From Rhynchobatus australiae (lineage: Eukaryota): DNA of 64,000 nucleotides. The translations under genes and the position numbers were made by a program. The stretch lies in assembly GCA_034780895.1 (NCBI GenBank), contig JAUZTB010000063.1:10592420-10656419 (forward strand), read 5' to 3'. The notes beneath the pieces are model-generated. The model ran no database searches. It was not told the origin of the DNA and was given only the letters and a program-made list of their open reading frames with translations. Numbering within the stretch: position 1 is the stretch's first letter; the number at the start of each line of letters is the position of its first letter. Of this stretch, positions 1 through 13,053 are shown in pieces.

Positions 1-184
1 TCCGTTCAACCTGACAAGCGGCAGGCACAGCCTTGGTTGGCTTAACACTCCTTCCTTTCCAAGAACCTGATGGGCCTTTGTGCTCCACTTCCCTTGGCAC
101 ATTAGTTTATCTCACATACGAGTAGTCTGACATAAATTTCTACCACCCCACCCACCATTTCAAAATGTAGTGATCAACACATCA

Positions 185-305
185 AAACAATACTTGAAAA
201 CCTGCAGGGGCATGGACCCAGTGCAGGAAGATGGGATGAGGGCGGGCTCCTTTTTGTACAGGAATGGACACGATGGGCTGAATGGTCTCCTATTGCAACA
301 TAATA
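185..305 (+). mobile_element. CR1-type LINE 3' end fragment
   Basis: ggacacgatgggctgaatggtctcc resembles the CR1/HER1 3' tail; preceded by ggcatggacccagtgcaggaagatgggat. Confidence 0.55.
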
Positions 306-2363
306 TTGCTGTGACGAAGTGGCATTTTGTGCTAACAGGTTCTACACTCGGTCAGCCTCTTATTAAAGATCTTGTTTGGTAAAGCAGTACTAGAGCACAG
401 GACACGCTCTGATCCCAAGATTATCTTCTCCATTCCTAGCTGTTTGGATAATAGTTCAAATGGGAGCAGGAGAGACCAGTTAGTGCCAGAGGGCATTTCA
501 ATTTCAGACTAGAACATTTACAATGCAGAAAGGAGACTGTTCATTGAGAGTGCAGGTTGAGAAAGAACTGCACAGCCTAATTCAGCCTTCCAGCACTCAG
601 TCCAAAACCCTGCGAGTTGTGCATCAAGTACACATCCAAGCACTATTTGAATATGATCCGAGATAGAAAGGAAAATAGAACTAGTGGACAAGGCAACAGC
701 CCACCCCCATTTAAGCATCATGGAGACTGGCAATAAATTTCAACTTTCCCAAAAACTCCCATAATACGAAGCAGATAGATGTCCATCTCAGGATGACACT
801 CACTGATGGAGAAAGACAAGTCTGCTGTGTTTCTGAAGGACCAAGTTAACACCTTCCACAAAAGGCAGCAGTGCACTGTTCAACAGCAGTTTGTCGTCAA
901 GCTAGCAAGTGTTAAATACAACACATAAATTGCACATTTGTGTACAAAACGATCCAGTGAAGAAATCTAATCTTCCAGCCACCCACACTATGAGCTCAGT
1001 CAAACATNNNNNNNNNNNNNNNNNNNNNNNNNNNNNNNNNNNNNNNNNNNNNNNNNNNNNNNNNNNNNNNNNNNNNNNNNNNNNNNNNNNNNNNNNNNNN
1101 NNNNNNNACCCACACTATGAGCTCATTCAAACATAACGCAAGTTCCTTGCTCAAATAAACATCAGTGAGGGGCATTGTTTGAAGTCATGACTTAGTAGCA
1201 GCTAAATTTCCAATCGAACAGGCAAAACCTTAATCCAGAAGAGATTTACAGGCACTTTCCACAACAATAACCATTGTAAAATACTATGCCTATTTGGAAA
1301 TGGGATACAAAAGTGTGTTTATAATTTTTAATTGTATCAATTTCACCATCAACAAATGAGGCATGTCATCACTTGACATTCTCGAAAGATCCACACTGCC
1401 ATTCCAGTACCTCAGATCAGAAGAGAAAATTCTGTGGTTTCACTGGGAGAGGTTTCAGCATCAGGCCCTAACCCAATTTCATTCTTTCAAAACAAATCTG
1501 CTTTCCAACATAGCATCGCCTCTAATAAGAGCAACACATCTAACGTGCATGGGATTTAGCAGACATACTATAATTTCTGCAAATGCTGAGAGATAAAAGT
1601 ACCCCAAGGAGCTTTCAAAGACAATTTAAATTATTGTCGATTCAGAAAAATGCCGTCTCTTCCTGGCATACCTCCTAATCCTTCTTCCTGTGACGATAGC
1701 ACATTTCAGTATCCACGATGATTAAGGACAATGTGCACTTTAGACCCAGACTGAGGGGTGCCTATTGCCAAGATCCAGCTGTGTCACCTTGTGGTTCTGG
1801 TACCAGAGATCTGTTGAAAGAACCGGAAAGAGGAATTACATTTCCTTTTGAACACAGTATCCTCCTATATTGCCTTTCGTCTCTTATTAAGTTCAGAATA
1901 GAGGGAGTGCCACTTTCATCAAGAAAGCACACACCCAAGTGGGAAAAACAAAATTCTAGCCATGCACGGGTAGCAGTGGGGTTTCTCCATTGAAAGCAGC
2001 AACTTACAGCAAGGACATTTTTCTTCCTCTTTCCCACCCAAGGCCTGTGGCTCATTCTTGGATCCAGCCTCCCAAAAGCTAGCAGTCATTCAATAACTTC
2101 CCAACATTCATACACTCATCTCTGAATGCTGATCAAACATTGGTTCATGCAGGTGGCGAGGGGCTTTGGTTGGGATGGAGAGAGTGCTTGGTGAAAAGAT
2201 TCCAAAAGAAAAAGTTGAAGCTGGCTCAAATGCAACCATCTTCTGCCACCCAGAAGCACATTTCTAAGGAGGAACTAGGAAATATTCACAAGCTAGAAAT
2301 GCAACCTTCGTGTTTAATCTTTTCTATGGTCTACAGAGCAACAACTTGAACTTGAATGTCGAG

Positions 2364-3002
2364 GTCATAAAAGTCTCACAGCACAGAAACAGGCCCTTCA
2401 GCCCAACTGGTCTATGCTGACCAAGATCCCCATCTAAGCTAACCCCATTTGCTCACATCCCTCCAAATCTTTCCTATCTATGTACCCATCCGGGTGCCTT
2501 TTAAATGTTGTTAATGTACCCACCTCAACCATTTCCTCTGGCAGCTCATTCCATATACACACACCCTCTGTGTGAAGTTGCCCCCCCAAGTTCTGATTAA
2601 ATCTCTCCACTTTCACCATANNNNNNNNNNNNNNNNNNNNNNNNNNNNNNNNNNNNNNNNNNNNNNNNNNNNNNNNNNNNNNNNNNNNNNNNNNNNNNNN
2701 NNNNNNNNNNNNNNNNNNNNGTTCTGGATTCCTCTTCCCTGGGATAAAGATTGTGCATGGATTTATCTACTGCCGTCAATTTTTATACACTTGTGCAAGA
2801 TCACCACTCATTCTCCAATGCTCCCATTAGAAAAGACCAAAGCTGCTCAACCTCTCTCCATAACTCAGTCCCTCAAGTCTCAACAACATCCTCAAATTGT
2901 CTCTGCACTCTTTCCAGCTTAATGACATCTTTTCGATAGCAGGGCAGGTAAAACTGAGCAATATTCCAAAAGCAGCCTCACTAATGCCTTGTACAATTGC
3001 AA
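2364..3002 (-). mobile_element. CR1 (HER1-like) LINE, 3' part, interrupted by N gap
   Basis: ORF 2434-2619 gives IWNELPEEMVEVGTLTTFKRHPDGYIDRK (CR1 ORF2 C-terminus); tail cagcacagaaacaggcccttcagccc. Confidence 0.9.
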
Positions 3003-3039
3003 TGTAATTGTTGAACCGGTTATGTGGCCATGATTAAAC

Positions 3040-3600
3040 AGCTTGCAGATGACAAAAATTGCTGAAGAATATTTTCAGGTCACAAAGATAGCAGTGGATA
3101 AGACAGGCAAGCAGAAAAGAGAAATGCAATTCACTCCACAGAGTGTATAGGTAGAGAAAGTCTGAAGATGTCACCAGGACTACAGATACTTTTTTGGGAA
3201 GGGGGAAAGAAATAGGTTTGTTGAGGCTGGGGACGTTTTCCTTGGAAGAATAAAGGAGAGAGGAGATTTAAACAAGGTTTAAGTTATGGGACGCTTAGAC
3301 AGGGTCAACAGGAAAGACAATTCCCTTGGCAGGAGAGGTCAATGACAAGGTGGCAAAAGGTTTAATTATTTGTTTGAAATATTGAAGGCAAGTTGGAGTT
3401 TTTGCTCCCTGCTCCCACAAAAAAAATAGTGGGGCTATCCAACACTCTCCCTGAGAGGATGGTGCAAATATAAACAAATCACATTCATAAAAGTATCTGA
3501 AGATCCATACTTAAGGTGGCTATGGACCAAGAGCTGGGAAATGATAATAACCCATATAGCTCCATCTTTGGGCAGTAGGACACCAATGGGCCAAATGAAG
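3040..3600 (+). mobile_element. Decayed CR1 LINE fragment
   Basis: ttgcagatgacaaaaattg (ADDxK-like RT motif) followed by CR1 3' ORF2-like sequence and tail gggccaaatg. Confidence 0.7.
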
Positions 3601-3604
3601 TCCA

Positions 3605-4230
3605 CAGCCCAGAAAGGAACAGTTGCAAGGTAATGTATTAGGGCACAGGTATATATGGTAAGTGGTAAGATATTGAAGCATAGAGGAACAGAGACCCTTT
3701 GGATTACACGTCCACAGTCCTTGAAGGTGGTAGGTCAGGTCAATAAGATGACTTCAGCTGCAGGAGGGGATATTTGACTTTGTTGGCCATGGCACAGAAT
3801 AAATAGATGAAAAAGTCACACCGGGATGTGTACAAGACAAGTTGGGCCATAGTTGCAGTACTCTGTAGCTCTATTCATCACATTTCAGGAAGCACATTAA
3901 CATTAGAGCGGGTACAAGGGAGATTTATGAGGCCATTGTCAGGGTTGAAGGAAGTTTATGAGGAAAAATTGTCCTTGTTGCAGTAGTTTCCTTCGGAACA
4001 AAAGAAATCAGAGCAAAAATTTAATTAAGGAATTTTAAATCGAGACAGATTAATACAGGGCAAACAGGAAGTACCTGTATCCCTTAGCAGAGGTCAGTAA
4101 TCACGAGAGACAGATTTACAATAGTTGGAAAGATTAAAAGGGGAAATCTTCTCACCTGAAGAGAGATGGGGAACTGGAGATCCCTGCCTGAAGGGGTGGT
4201 GGCAAATGAAATGTCAACATATTTTTTTAA
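3605..4230 (+). mobile_element. Decayed CR1 LINE fragment
   Basis: gaggaacagagacccttggattacacgtccacagtccttgaaggtgg and cattagagcgggtacaagggagatttatgagg (EEQRDLG and LERVQRRF-like CR1 ORF2 motifs). Confidence 0.8.
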
Positions 4231-4894
4231 GGCAGCAAACCCAACAGTTGCTTTGCACAGAAAGCACCCAGAAGAAAAATCCTTTCATTGGATTATTTCT
4301 CTTATGAATGAATTAACTCCACACTGGAATTTGGTGTATAGGTCCAACATTACCCACAATGACACATTGTAACACTAACTCAACACTACTTCAGTGACTG
4401 TTAGATGCTTTGCGGTCTCCTGGGGCCATTAAAAACAAGGTGGAAACTTAAAATACAGCAGCTCAGTTAAAAGCTTCCTTACAAGAATGAGATGCCATCT
4501 CTAATTGGGCACAACATGGAAGTTCAAATCAGAAATGCAGCCTGCAGGTAAACAGTTCAGAGAAAAACTGAAGTCCAACATAACAAGGATTTAAAACATA
4601 TTATTGATCACACTGTGAATAAATCAACAAGACTGATGACACAAGAGTTCTTTAGCACAGCTACTGCATAGAAAAGCTTCATTGTTCAGAGACATGCACG
4701 AGGAGGTTTCAACATTGGAGCACTACAGATGAATTTGTTCCAGTTTTCCCACCCTCCTTCAGTTGATGCAAGAGATTGAGTATGTCTAGGGGTAGGGAGG
4801 GAGACTGAGAGGGAGATTAACCAAGTGCTCAAGAGTAGCTCTCACAATGGGTCAGTAGTCAAAATAATTGCTTAGGATGAAATTGCTGCTTTCA

Positions 4895-5000
4895 AAGAGA
4901 AACAGAGTTAACATTTCAGTTCTGATCAAAGATTTTTGACCCAAGATGTTAACTCTGCTTTTGTTTCCACAGATGCAGCCTCATCTGCTGAGTTATTTCA
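4895..5000. mobile_element. Penelope-like terminal repeat (pLTR) remnant, palindromic
   Basis: aaacagagttaacat pairs with atgttaactctgcttt; tail ccacagatgcagcctcatctgctgagt shared with other copies in the window. Confidence 0.7.
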
Positions 5001-6204
5001 TCCATAACAATGCCAACTCACTCTCCAAACATCCTTGCAACTTTTTGAACCAACTTCTCAACATTACTAAAGCTGTCTTCACTGCATAACATTAAATTGA
5101 GAGCAATTCTCTTGAAAATTATTGAAAGTCCAGTTTATAAATCAAGTCTGTCATTTGTACAACTCATTTTGGCGAGATGCTTCAACTGACTTCAATACTT
5201 TTTATAAAGCTGAATTAGATTGCTGGAGGAAGACTGAGACAGGTAATACTATGTTCTGCTCTCCCCACTGAAGCAGCATTCCATCTTACAGACTAAGTGT
5301 TTAAAATCTCCAAAAGAACTTGCAGTTGGTTCCATGCCTTAAGTGCCTCCCAACTGTCACCTACCAAATTAAAGCCAGTGGAGTAAAGAAAGGGGCAATG
5401 GCAGCCCAGGTGAGAAAATACCTCGCGGAGCACCCCATGGATTGGTTCTAGTACTTTTGCTTTTCTTGAGATATATTAGTAATTGGAATGTGGATGTGCA
5501 GGCCAATAGTGCAAAACTTTACTCAATTGTTGCCATCCCTTGGACAGCTATTACTGAAATAATTCTTAGTACAAAAATCCTTTTCCTTTACTGGTACTAT
5601 GCTGGAGGGTTGCTGAACTACATAATAAATTGCAGATGAAGTATTTCTGTATGCACAATACTTCTCAATATTAGAGGATATGCTAAGCACGTTAACTATA
5701 TTCTCAGATAACAATGATTTGATATAGATTTAGTTGAGACACAGACCTTCCCTTAAGGATGGAAAACATTCAAGTGTCATATTTAACAGATCTCTATTTT
5801 CACACTGGAGGTTCCATAACTATTTGTGTCATGTGGTCTCAGTTTTTTGTAGTAATAATAAACCTACAATATTTCACAAAATGGCCCAAAAATTCCATCC
5901 AATGCCAAGGGCCATCTTCCACACATGCATTCATAGGCTCTGCCAAGCTAAAAATTCCATGCAAGTCTTGATAAGTAATTCTTTAGAGGCTTTCAATACA
6001 CCTCACATTCAATTTTAGTATCTTGCCAGAGTTGAGATTGCCCAATTCACTCCAAAACACAAAACTGAACAGCAAACCAACCTGCTTTCCATATGTTCTC
6101 CTGGGTCATCTGTTCATAATATTTTTGTAAATTCATTTTTCGGAGTGCACAAATCACTAACAATGCCAGTATTAACTGCCCACATCTCAATGTATTTTAT
6201 ACCG

Positions 6205-7255
6205 AGGTCGATAAGGGCAGCAATGACTGCTCCTTATATCAAGGCTGCATTTGACAGGTGTGACATCAAGGAGCCCTGGTGAAACTGAAGTCAATGGGTA
6301 TCAAGGGCAGAATGCCCTCAATGTTTGAAACTCTACCTCACACAATGGAAGGTGGTTGTTGGAGGCAAAGACTCTCAGCCCCAAGGCATTACTGAAGGAG
6401 TTCCTTGTCTGTGTCCTTGGCCCAACTATATTTAGCTGCTTTATCACAATTTTCATTCCAACACAAGAGAGGATGTTTCATTACATTTGCAACTCCTCAG
6501 CCAATGAAGCTGTCCATGACTGCATGTAGACACAACATTCAGGCAGAGGCTGATAAGTAGCAAGCAACAGTTCCACTTTAAAAGGTCCAATCATAAATCC
6601 TTAATATTCAATTGCTTTACCAGTAAGATCCCCCCCATGCTCAACATACTGGGGGGTCATCACTGACGAGAAATTCAAAGGATTAAAAGACAAATACAGT
6701 GGCTACAACAGGTCAGAGGATGGGCATCCTTCTGCTGATGTCTGAAAGCTTCTCCACCATCTGCATAAAAGACGCTAGTTAGAAGTGTGATAGAATACTT
6801 GCCATTTGCCTGCCCGCTTGACTGCAGCTCCACCAATTCTCAAGCTTGACAATACCCAGACAAAAGGCAGTTTACTTGACTGCCACCTCATCCACCCCAA
6901 ATATTTATTTCCCCTCCACTCTTCTGGCACCTCACCACTATTGCAGAGACTATCACGTGTACACTCTATAAAGTGCAGGACAGTTACTCATCTAGGCTAC
7001 TCCAACGACACCTCCCAAACTGTGACCTCGACCATCAAGGAGGGCAGCAGATGCACTGGACCACCACTATGTACAGCTTCCCTTCCAAGTAGCACACAAT
7101 CCTGATCTGGAAATGTGTCACCACCTCATCAACACCAAGTGTGCACCATCACCAGAAGTCCTGCAATGACTTCTGGTTATCACCATCACCTCAGGAATAA
7201 TTAAAAATGTGCAACAAATTCAAGCCTTGCCAGCAATGCCCAGATCCCAAAATTG
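6205..7255 (+). mobile_element. CR1/L2-group LINE (second family), RT to 3' end, decayed
   Basis: atcaaggctgcatttgacaggtg = IKAAFDR; gtccttggcccaactatatttagctgctttatc = VLGPTIFSCFI; tail gccttgccagcaatgcccagatccc. Confidence 0.85.
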
Positions 7256-7284
7256 AATTGAGTGTTTAAAAAAAGACTACAGCT

Positions 7285-8385
7285 AGAGTTCTGGTCACCA
7301 CACTACAGGAAAGATTAAATGCACTGGAGAGGTTGCAAAGAAGAGCAATGCAGATATTGCCACAGCTGGACAAGTCGAGTCAAAAGGTAGGGCCCTGGGG
7401 AGTGTTGCAAAACAGAGGGACCCAAGAGTACATGGTTCCCTGAAAGTGGCATCACAGGTCGACAGGGTGATGAAGGCAGCTGTTGACACCCTGACCTTCA
7501 GACAAGACACCGAATATGGAAGTGGGGTGGTTATGTTGCAGTTGTACAAGACGTTGGTGAGGATGCATTTGGAGTAGTTTGTTCAGTTTCAGTCATCCTG
7601 CTGCAGGAAAGATGCCAGTCAGCAGAGAGTGCAGGAGGAGGTTGCCAGGACTTGAGGAACTGAGTTAGGGAGGTTGAGCAGGCTAGGACTTTATTCATTG
7701 AATTGTAAGAACTGAATGCAGGTGTACAAAATCATGATGGGGTGAATGCACACAGCCTTTTCCCCCAGGGTTGAGGAATCAAGAACTAGGAGAGCACTGG
7801 TTTAAGGTGAGGGGAAAGAAATTTAATAGAAACCCAAGGGGCAACTTTTTCAGCCAGAGGGAGATCCATATATGGAATCAGCTCCCACGGGAAGTGGTTG
7901 AGGCAGGTACAATAACAACATTTGAAAAGACATTTGGACAGGTACATGGATAGGAAAGGTTTAGAGGGATGTGGGCATCTTGGTCAGTGCGGACTGGTTG
8001 GGCTGAAGGATCAGTTTCTGTGCTGACTACGAGAAACCTTATCCTTGCAAGAAATTAAGGGGTGCACTTATTGGAGGATTTAACAGGTGTATGAAATTAT
8101 GAGAAGCCTCAATAGGGTGAGCAGGAGGGAGCTATTTTTCTCAGCAGAGAGTCAATAATTAGAAGGCACAGATTTAGTCATCTGAGGAATGATTGGAGGA
8201 CATTGAGAATAAGACTTCACTCAGTGGCTGGTCCGAAAGGGTGGAGGTAGAAACCTCATATTCAAAAGTACTGAGCACTTGAAGAGCCACAACCTCAAGG
8301 CACGGGCCAACAGCGGGAAAGTAGGATTAACCTAATGTCCATTTCTAGCCAGCTTGGACATAGTGGGTTGTGACTGAATTTCTCC
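7285..8385 (+). mobile_element. Older CR1 LINE split by a younger CR1 (pieces about 7285-7372 and 8035-8385)
   Basis: ttctggtcaccacactacaggaaagat...gcactggagaggttgcaaagaaga before the insert; later ORF2 sequence and a second tail after it. Confidence 0.7.
7380..8030 (+). mobile_element. Younger CR1 (HER1-like) LINE, 5'-truncated
   Basis: ORF 7771-7953 FKVRGKKFNRNPRGNFFSQREIHIWNQLPREVVEAGTITTF; tail gggctgaaggatcagtttctgtgctg. Confidence 0.9.
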
Positions 8386-8394
8386 AATTCAACA

Positions 8395-8605
8395 GCATTC
8401 CCAAAATGCTGATGTGCTCCAGGATTGAGACCTAATGATAAATGAACCACAATGCAATTCTGAATGGGGTTGATGAGCAACTTGGGAGAGAACCTGCAGG
8501 TGGTGGTATTCCAATACAGTTGCTGCCCTGTCCCCGGATGGTAAGAGTTCACAGGTTTGGGACGAGCTGTTGGAGTAGCCCGAGTGAGCAACCTTTGTAA
8601 TACAA
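8395..8605 (-). mobile_element. 3' fragment of the second CR1/L2-group LINE family
   Basis: Reverse complement matches the 7000-7150 and 43000-43100 regions (accaccacctgcaggttctctcccaagt). Confidence 0.65.
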
Positions 8606-8629
8606 CTCATTTAATAAACATCGCAGTCA

Positions 8630-8695
8630 TCTGATGTGGGCCCCAGTGGCCCACGTCAGAAATTCAAGCAAGTCTCAGACTTGCCTGATGACTCA
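8630..8695. promoter_or_regulatory. Candidate stress-response element: UPRE-like hairpin, p53-family element, AP-1 site
   Basis: CCACGTCA 8651-8658; AAGCAAGTCT-C-AGACTTGCCT 8666-8686 (two RRRCWWGYYY half-sites); TGACTCA 8689-8695. Confidence 0.4.
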
Positions 8696-9258
8696 GGGAG
8701 ACTGTTTGGCACTTTAAATATCTGTTTCACACCTACGTTAAGTAACCCTGAAATTATTGAGTCATTCATAAATTTAAGGAACAGACATAAAAAGGTGGGT
8801 AAAACCCTGCTTTAAAGAGGTGTGCTTGACATCTCCGTATAGATGATGCAAATAATTTCTGGACAGACTTTGGGGGAAAGAAGGACTCAAGTCCTTTCAA
8901 GCACCTACTAAGGAAATGTGACAGAAGTAGTGAATGCAACTGGACAAGATATTTTCTATGGTCCAACACAACACCACATCCTCCATGGTCTCCAGTTAAA
9001 TTTCTAGGAAGTGTTAAAACATGCAGTAACTTCTGAGGCTGAATTGTACTGTTAACAATGAACCTTCCCAAGATCTGATAAAATGGTACCAGGGAGCTAA
9101 GAGCAGATTATAGAGCATGTCACTTGAGAGAAATGGAAATTATGGAGCAAGCTTCAGTTAAGTCACAGAGGTGTTGGTAACAAATGCTTATAAATAACAG
9201 ACAATAAACCAGCCAATGGCTATGAATCAGGCAAATACAATGGCATGGATTTAAACTA

Positions 9259-9497
9259 GAGTCATACAGCATTGAAATGGGGCCTTCAACCCAAAGTCCA
9301 TTTACACAGATCCCATTTTATTCTCCCCACATTTCCATCCATTGACCCTATAATCTGCCATTCATCTACACACACGGTGCAGTTTACATTGGCCAATTAA
9401 CCTATCACAAGGAGAACCTGCAAACTCCATGGAGATGGAACTGGAGGTCAGGATTCAACCCGAGTCACTGGACCAGCTGCACCACTCTGCTACCCAA
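9259..9497 (-). mobile_element. HE1/V-type tRNA-derived SINE with CR1 tail, internally deleted
   Basis: tggccaattaaccta, ggagaacctgcaaactcca and gaggtcaggattcaaccc (B-box on minus strand) shared with other copies. Confidence 0.75.
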
Positions 9498-9889
9498 AGG
9501 AACCAATGTGGTTCAGGGTTCAGTACTCTTCTCAAATTTAAATACGGATTAAGTTGAAGTGTCCTTTTGGTTAATGACATATTGCAATTTATAAATAATG
9601 TAACGTAATCTCCTTGTTCCAAAAGGCCTCAGCAATAGAAGTCAGACAGGAGTTGATGTCCTCAGCCAAAAGCTCCCATTCCCCCGAAAATGTTTACTGG
9701 CTGGAAAGGAATTCAGTAAGACTGTCCGATGTATGCTCATCGAACAGCTATGATCTACTCCCTTGGTCAGCATATGTGGTGTCAAACTGAGTGGAGTCAA
9801 TGAAAACTTGACTTGGATCACTACTGGCTCAGGAAAGTAATTGCGGCAACCAATCACTTGGTTCAAAGACAAACCATTTCAATTATAGC

Positions 9890-10150
9890 ATCGCCCAATT
9901 TTTTTTTTAAAAACTGATCCCGTTGTAATCTTGCCCCTCCTCATCGCTAACATCCTCCATTCCTGCAACAACTCTGCAGTTCCTAATTCTGAGTTATTCC
10001 ATTGCTTCCTTCACTCCATCTTCAGCTACTGGGTGACAAGCTACAGAATTCCTCCCCCTCCCTTTGGATGGATTTGAAACCAATTTCTGTGGCCTTGCCT
10101 TTTTCTGTGATTTTAATCAAGCATTGTTCAATAAAGCTCCTGCATTAGGA
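9890..10150 (+). mobile_element. Old L2 LINE 3' fragment
   Basis: Pyrimidine-rich ttgcccctcc...aacatcctcca...gaattcctccc pattern typical of L2 3' ORF. Confidence 0.45.
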
Positions 10151-12039
10151 GTACCAGCAACTTCAGTGTATTATACTCTCTCTATGCTCAACTGGGATCC
10201 CACTAGTCGTGAACTGGTATTTTGCCAGGACATGCAACAATAAGCATTGGTATCAGTGAGGGCCCAAAGAGTGGAATTCATGTGCTTCTGTGCATTCATT
10301 GGGGTAAACCACATTTTTCAATGTGCTGTGTCCTTGGCGCACAATTGCACTAGCTATTTTTAATGCAATTACTGCATTGTTTATGACATTTTGCAGTTGA
10401 ATCCCATGTATCTTTGCCATCAGTGTTTACATGTCGTGTCAAATTAACAGATGGTGGTGTGTAGCACTAAGCAATTGCTCAGAAGTCAGTGAGAACTCTG
10501 CTTATTACAGACTTCTCATGCCTATTATATTCAGATTATCAGGTTGTCAGTGCCTCTTTCACAATGCTTGCTCCTCAGACCAGAGGATTCAGAAACCAAG
10601 GAGGAGGAAATGCTCTTGGAGTAACCTCCACCCCCCCCCCCCCCAATTCCGTCCATGTGTTGATGATTAACTAGATTCAGTTCCACCAAAACCATAAACC
10701 ACAGTATGGCTGATCCAAAATTCCTAACAACTGAGCCAATATGGCATACCACTCCAAAGCAGAGACTCCTTTCAAACCTGCTTGTTTCCACAAGGCTACC
10801 GTGAACAATGTGGCTTTATAGATGACCCATTTACTGTCATTAACTCGCTGTGATATCGTGTTTAAAAAATGTTGCCAAACACCAGCACCACCTGCTACTC
10901 TCAGTAAACGATAGACAGAAGTCTGGCAGTTCCTTAGGAATCTCTCTCTCGCTCGTGTCTGTGGCAGTTTTGTGCCGTTCATTCTTTCAGAGGTTTTTAA
11001 AAATCCTTGCCTTGATCTGAAGAGACCAAGCTCATTTGGAAAGTATTAACATTTTAATACACAAATTATATGAAGACTCTTTAAAAGTGCGCGCATAATT
11101 GGGGAAAACCAAGATTTACTTAAACTGATTGTCAATAGGTCTTACATGTGTGCAATTCATCTTCCATGAACAGATATGGTAATTAGGATTAGTGTAGTGG
11201 GTACCTGACAGTCAGTAAGGACATGGTGAGCTAAAAAGTCACACAGCACAGTAAAAGGCCTTATGATTCTTGGTCTATTGTGTGGAAGTTGTCTCAAATA
11301 TCCTCAAAATAATCACGGGACCAAGGACAGCACTAGAACCTGTATAGTCCCCAAGGCCCTGTGAAACAAAGCATCCCACAGGTCACTAGAAAGATCAATC
11401 TTTACACATGGCTGCAAAAGCATGACTGTCATACCAAAGAGATGAGAAGGGGATAAGAGTTATACTGATAGATCCAGATGAAGAGAGGTAGGAGAAGGCT
11501 TGGGTGGAGAACAAACTGATTGGGCCAAATAGAATTTCTGTAGCATATATTCTCTGCAGTCCCACTAGACCCATTACAACAGGGCATTCATCAACAAGTT
11601 GGGTTTCCTTAAGTACTTGCCTTGAAATTCATCCCTGATCAATCCCCAAGCATTTCTGTAAATGGAAACAAATTTCAGAAATGAACATAAAACTACGTGG
11701 TCCATTCATTGCTATATTTTATTTACAATTATACTCTAACATTGAAACTGTTTGTGGAATCTCAAACCATATTTTCTGGATCATTAGACCAGTCCCAATC
11801 ATTACCAGTTCAGTAATGACGACCACAACACACCCACACAAATGATTCAGTAACCAGTTCACTGCTAATTAACTCAAATCAAACAAGTATACAGGCAATC
11901 CAGCACCTTGGAAGGTTAGGCATTCTGTTGAAGTGCATGTACCAGCACATGCTCAAGAAATTCCTGGCTATTTCCACACTGTCATTATAATTGGTATTAT
12001 AGAACTAGGAGATAAATAAGCTTCCACTGCTTTGTTGCT

Positions 12040-12757
12040 GAGTAAATCATTAAACAGAATAAAAATACAAAATTTTGCAATACAAAAGATTCTGGGAGTC
12101 CTTGAACATGAAACACGGGAGGAGATCCAGCAAGTAATTAGGAATGATAGGGAATGTTAGCCTTCATTGCAAGGGGTATGGAGTATTAACTTAGGGAAGT
12201 TTGATGCCTTTTAAACCAGCCACCGGTGGACCATATCCAAAGTACTGAATATAGGTTTTGATCACCACACTTAAGGATGTGCTTGCATTGTAAGCAGTGT
12301 GAAGGTGATTCAATAGGTTGATTGCTGGAATGAAGGGGTTGACATATGAAATGAAGTTGAGCAGGTTGGACCTATAACTCACTAGTTTAGAAGAACGAGG
12401 TAGTCTCGTTGAAACAAAAGATTGAGGATTGACAAGGAGCATGACGAAAGTACATTTTCCCTGAGTTGATCAAGACCAGGGTGCACGTAGTTCCAAAATA
12501 AAGGATTGCCCATTTTAATACAGAGACGATGAAGAACTTCAAGGTTGTGAATCTTTGGAATTCTCTGCCCCAGAGAGCAGTGGAAGAGGATTTACATAAT
12601 ATATTGAAGGTGGAGATTAAGAGACCTTTGAACTATAGAGGGAGTCAAGTGGTATAGGAAGAGAGTGGTTAAGTGGAATTGAGGCCAAGATTGGACCGTA
12701 CTCCATGCAGAGCAGCCATGAGGGGCCAACTCACCTATTCCTGCTGCTTATACTCTT
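12040..12757 (+). mobile_element. CR1 LINE 3' part
   Basis: ggaatgttagccttcattgcaaggggtatggagtat (GMLAFIARGMEY); gttgtgaatctttggaattctctgccccagagagcagtgga (VVNLWNSLPQRAV); tail gaggggccaactcacctattcctgct. Confidence 0.9.
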
Positions 12758-13053
12758 AAGCCAATAACTGCTGCTGAAGCTGTGAACAAATTATGTTTTT
12801 CAAGGAGTTATATAACTCCACGCAAAATAGCACCAACTCCCACGAGATGCTTTTGCCCAAAGCCAGCATTTTACCTACGAGTCCATTAACCTCATTGTTT
12901 GGGATGTTTGGGACACTGTTTCTGCAACCGGAAGTGCAAGGTGAGCCACAGATTTTACACCGAGTGTTTAAAAGCATGATAGTTCCGAGCCAGTGCACAG
13001 GTGCAAACAAACCTGTAATCACACAGCATTGATAATTCATGGCACTGGTAGAG

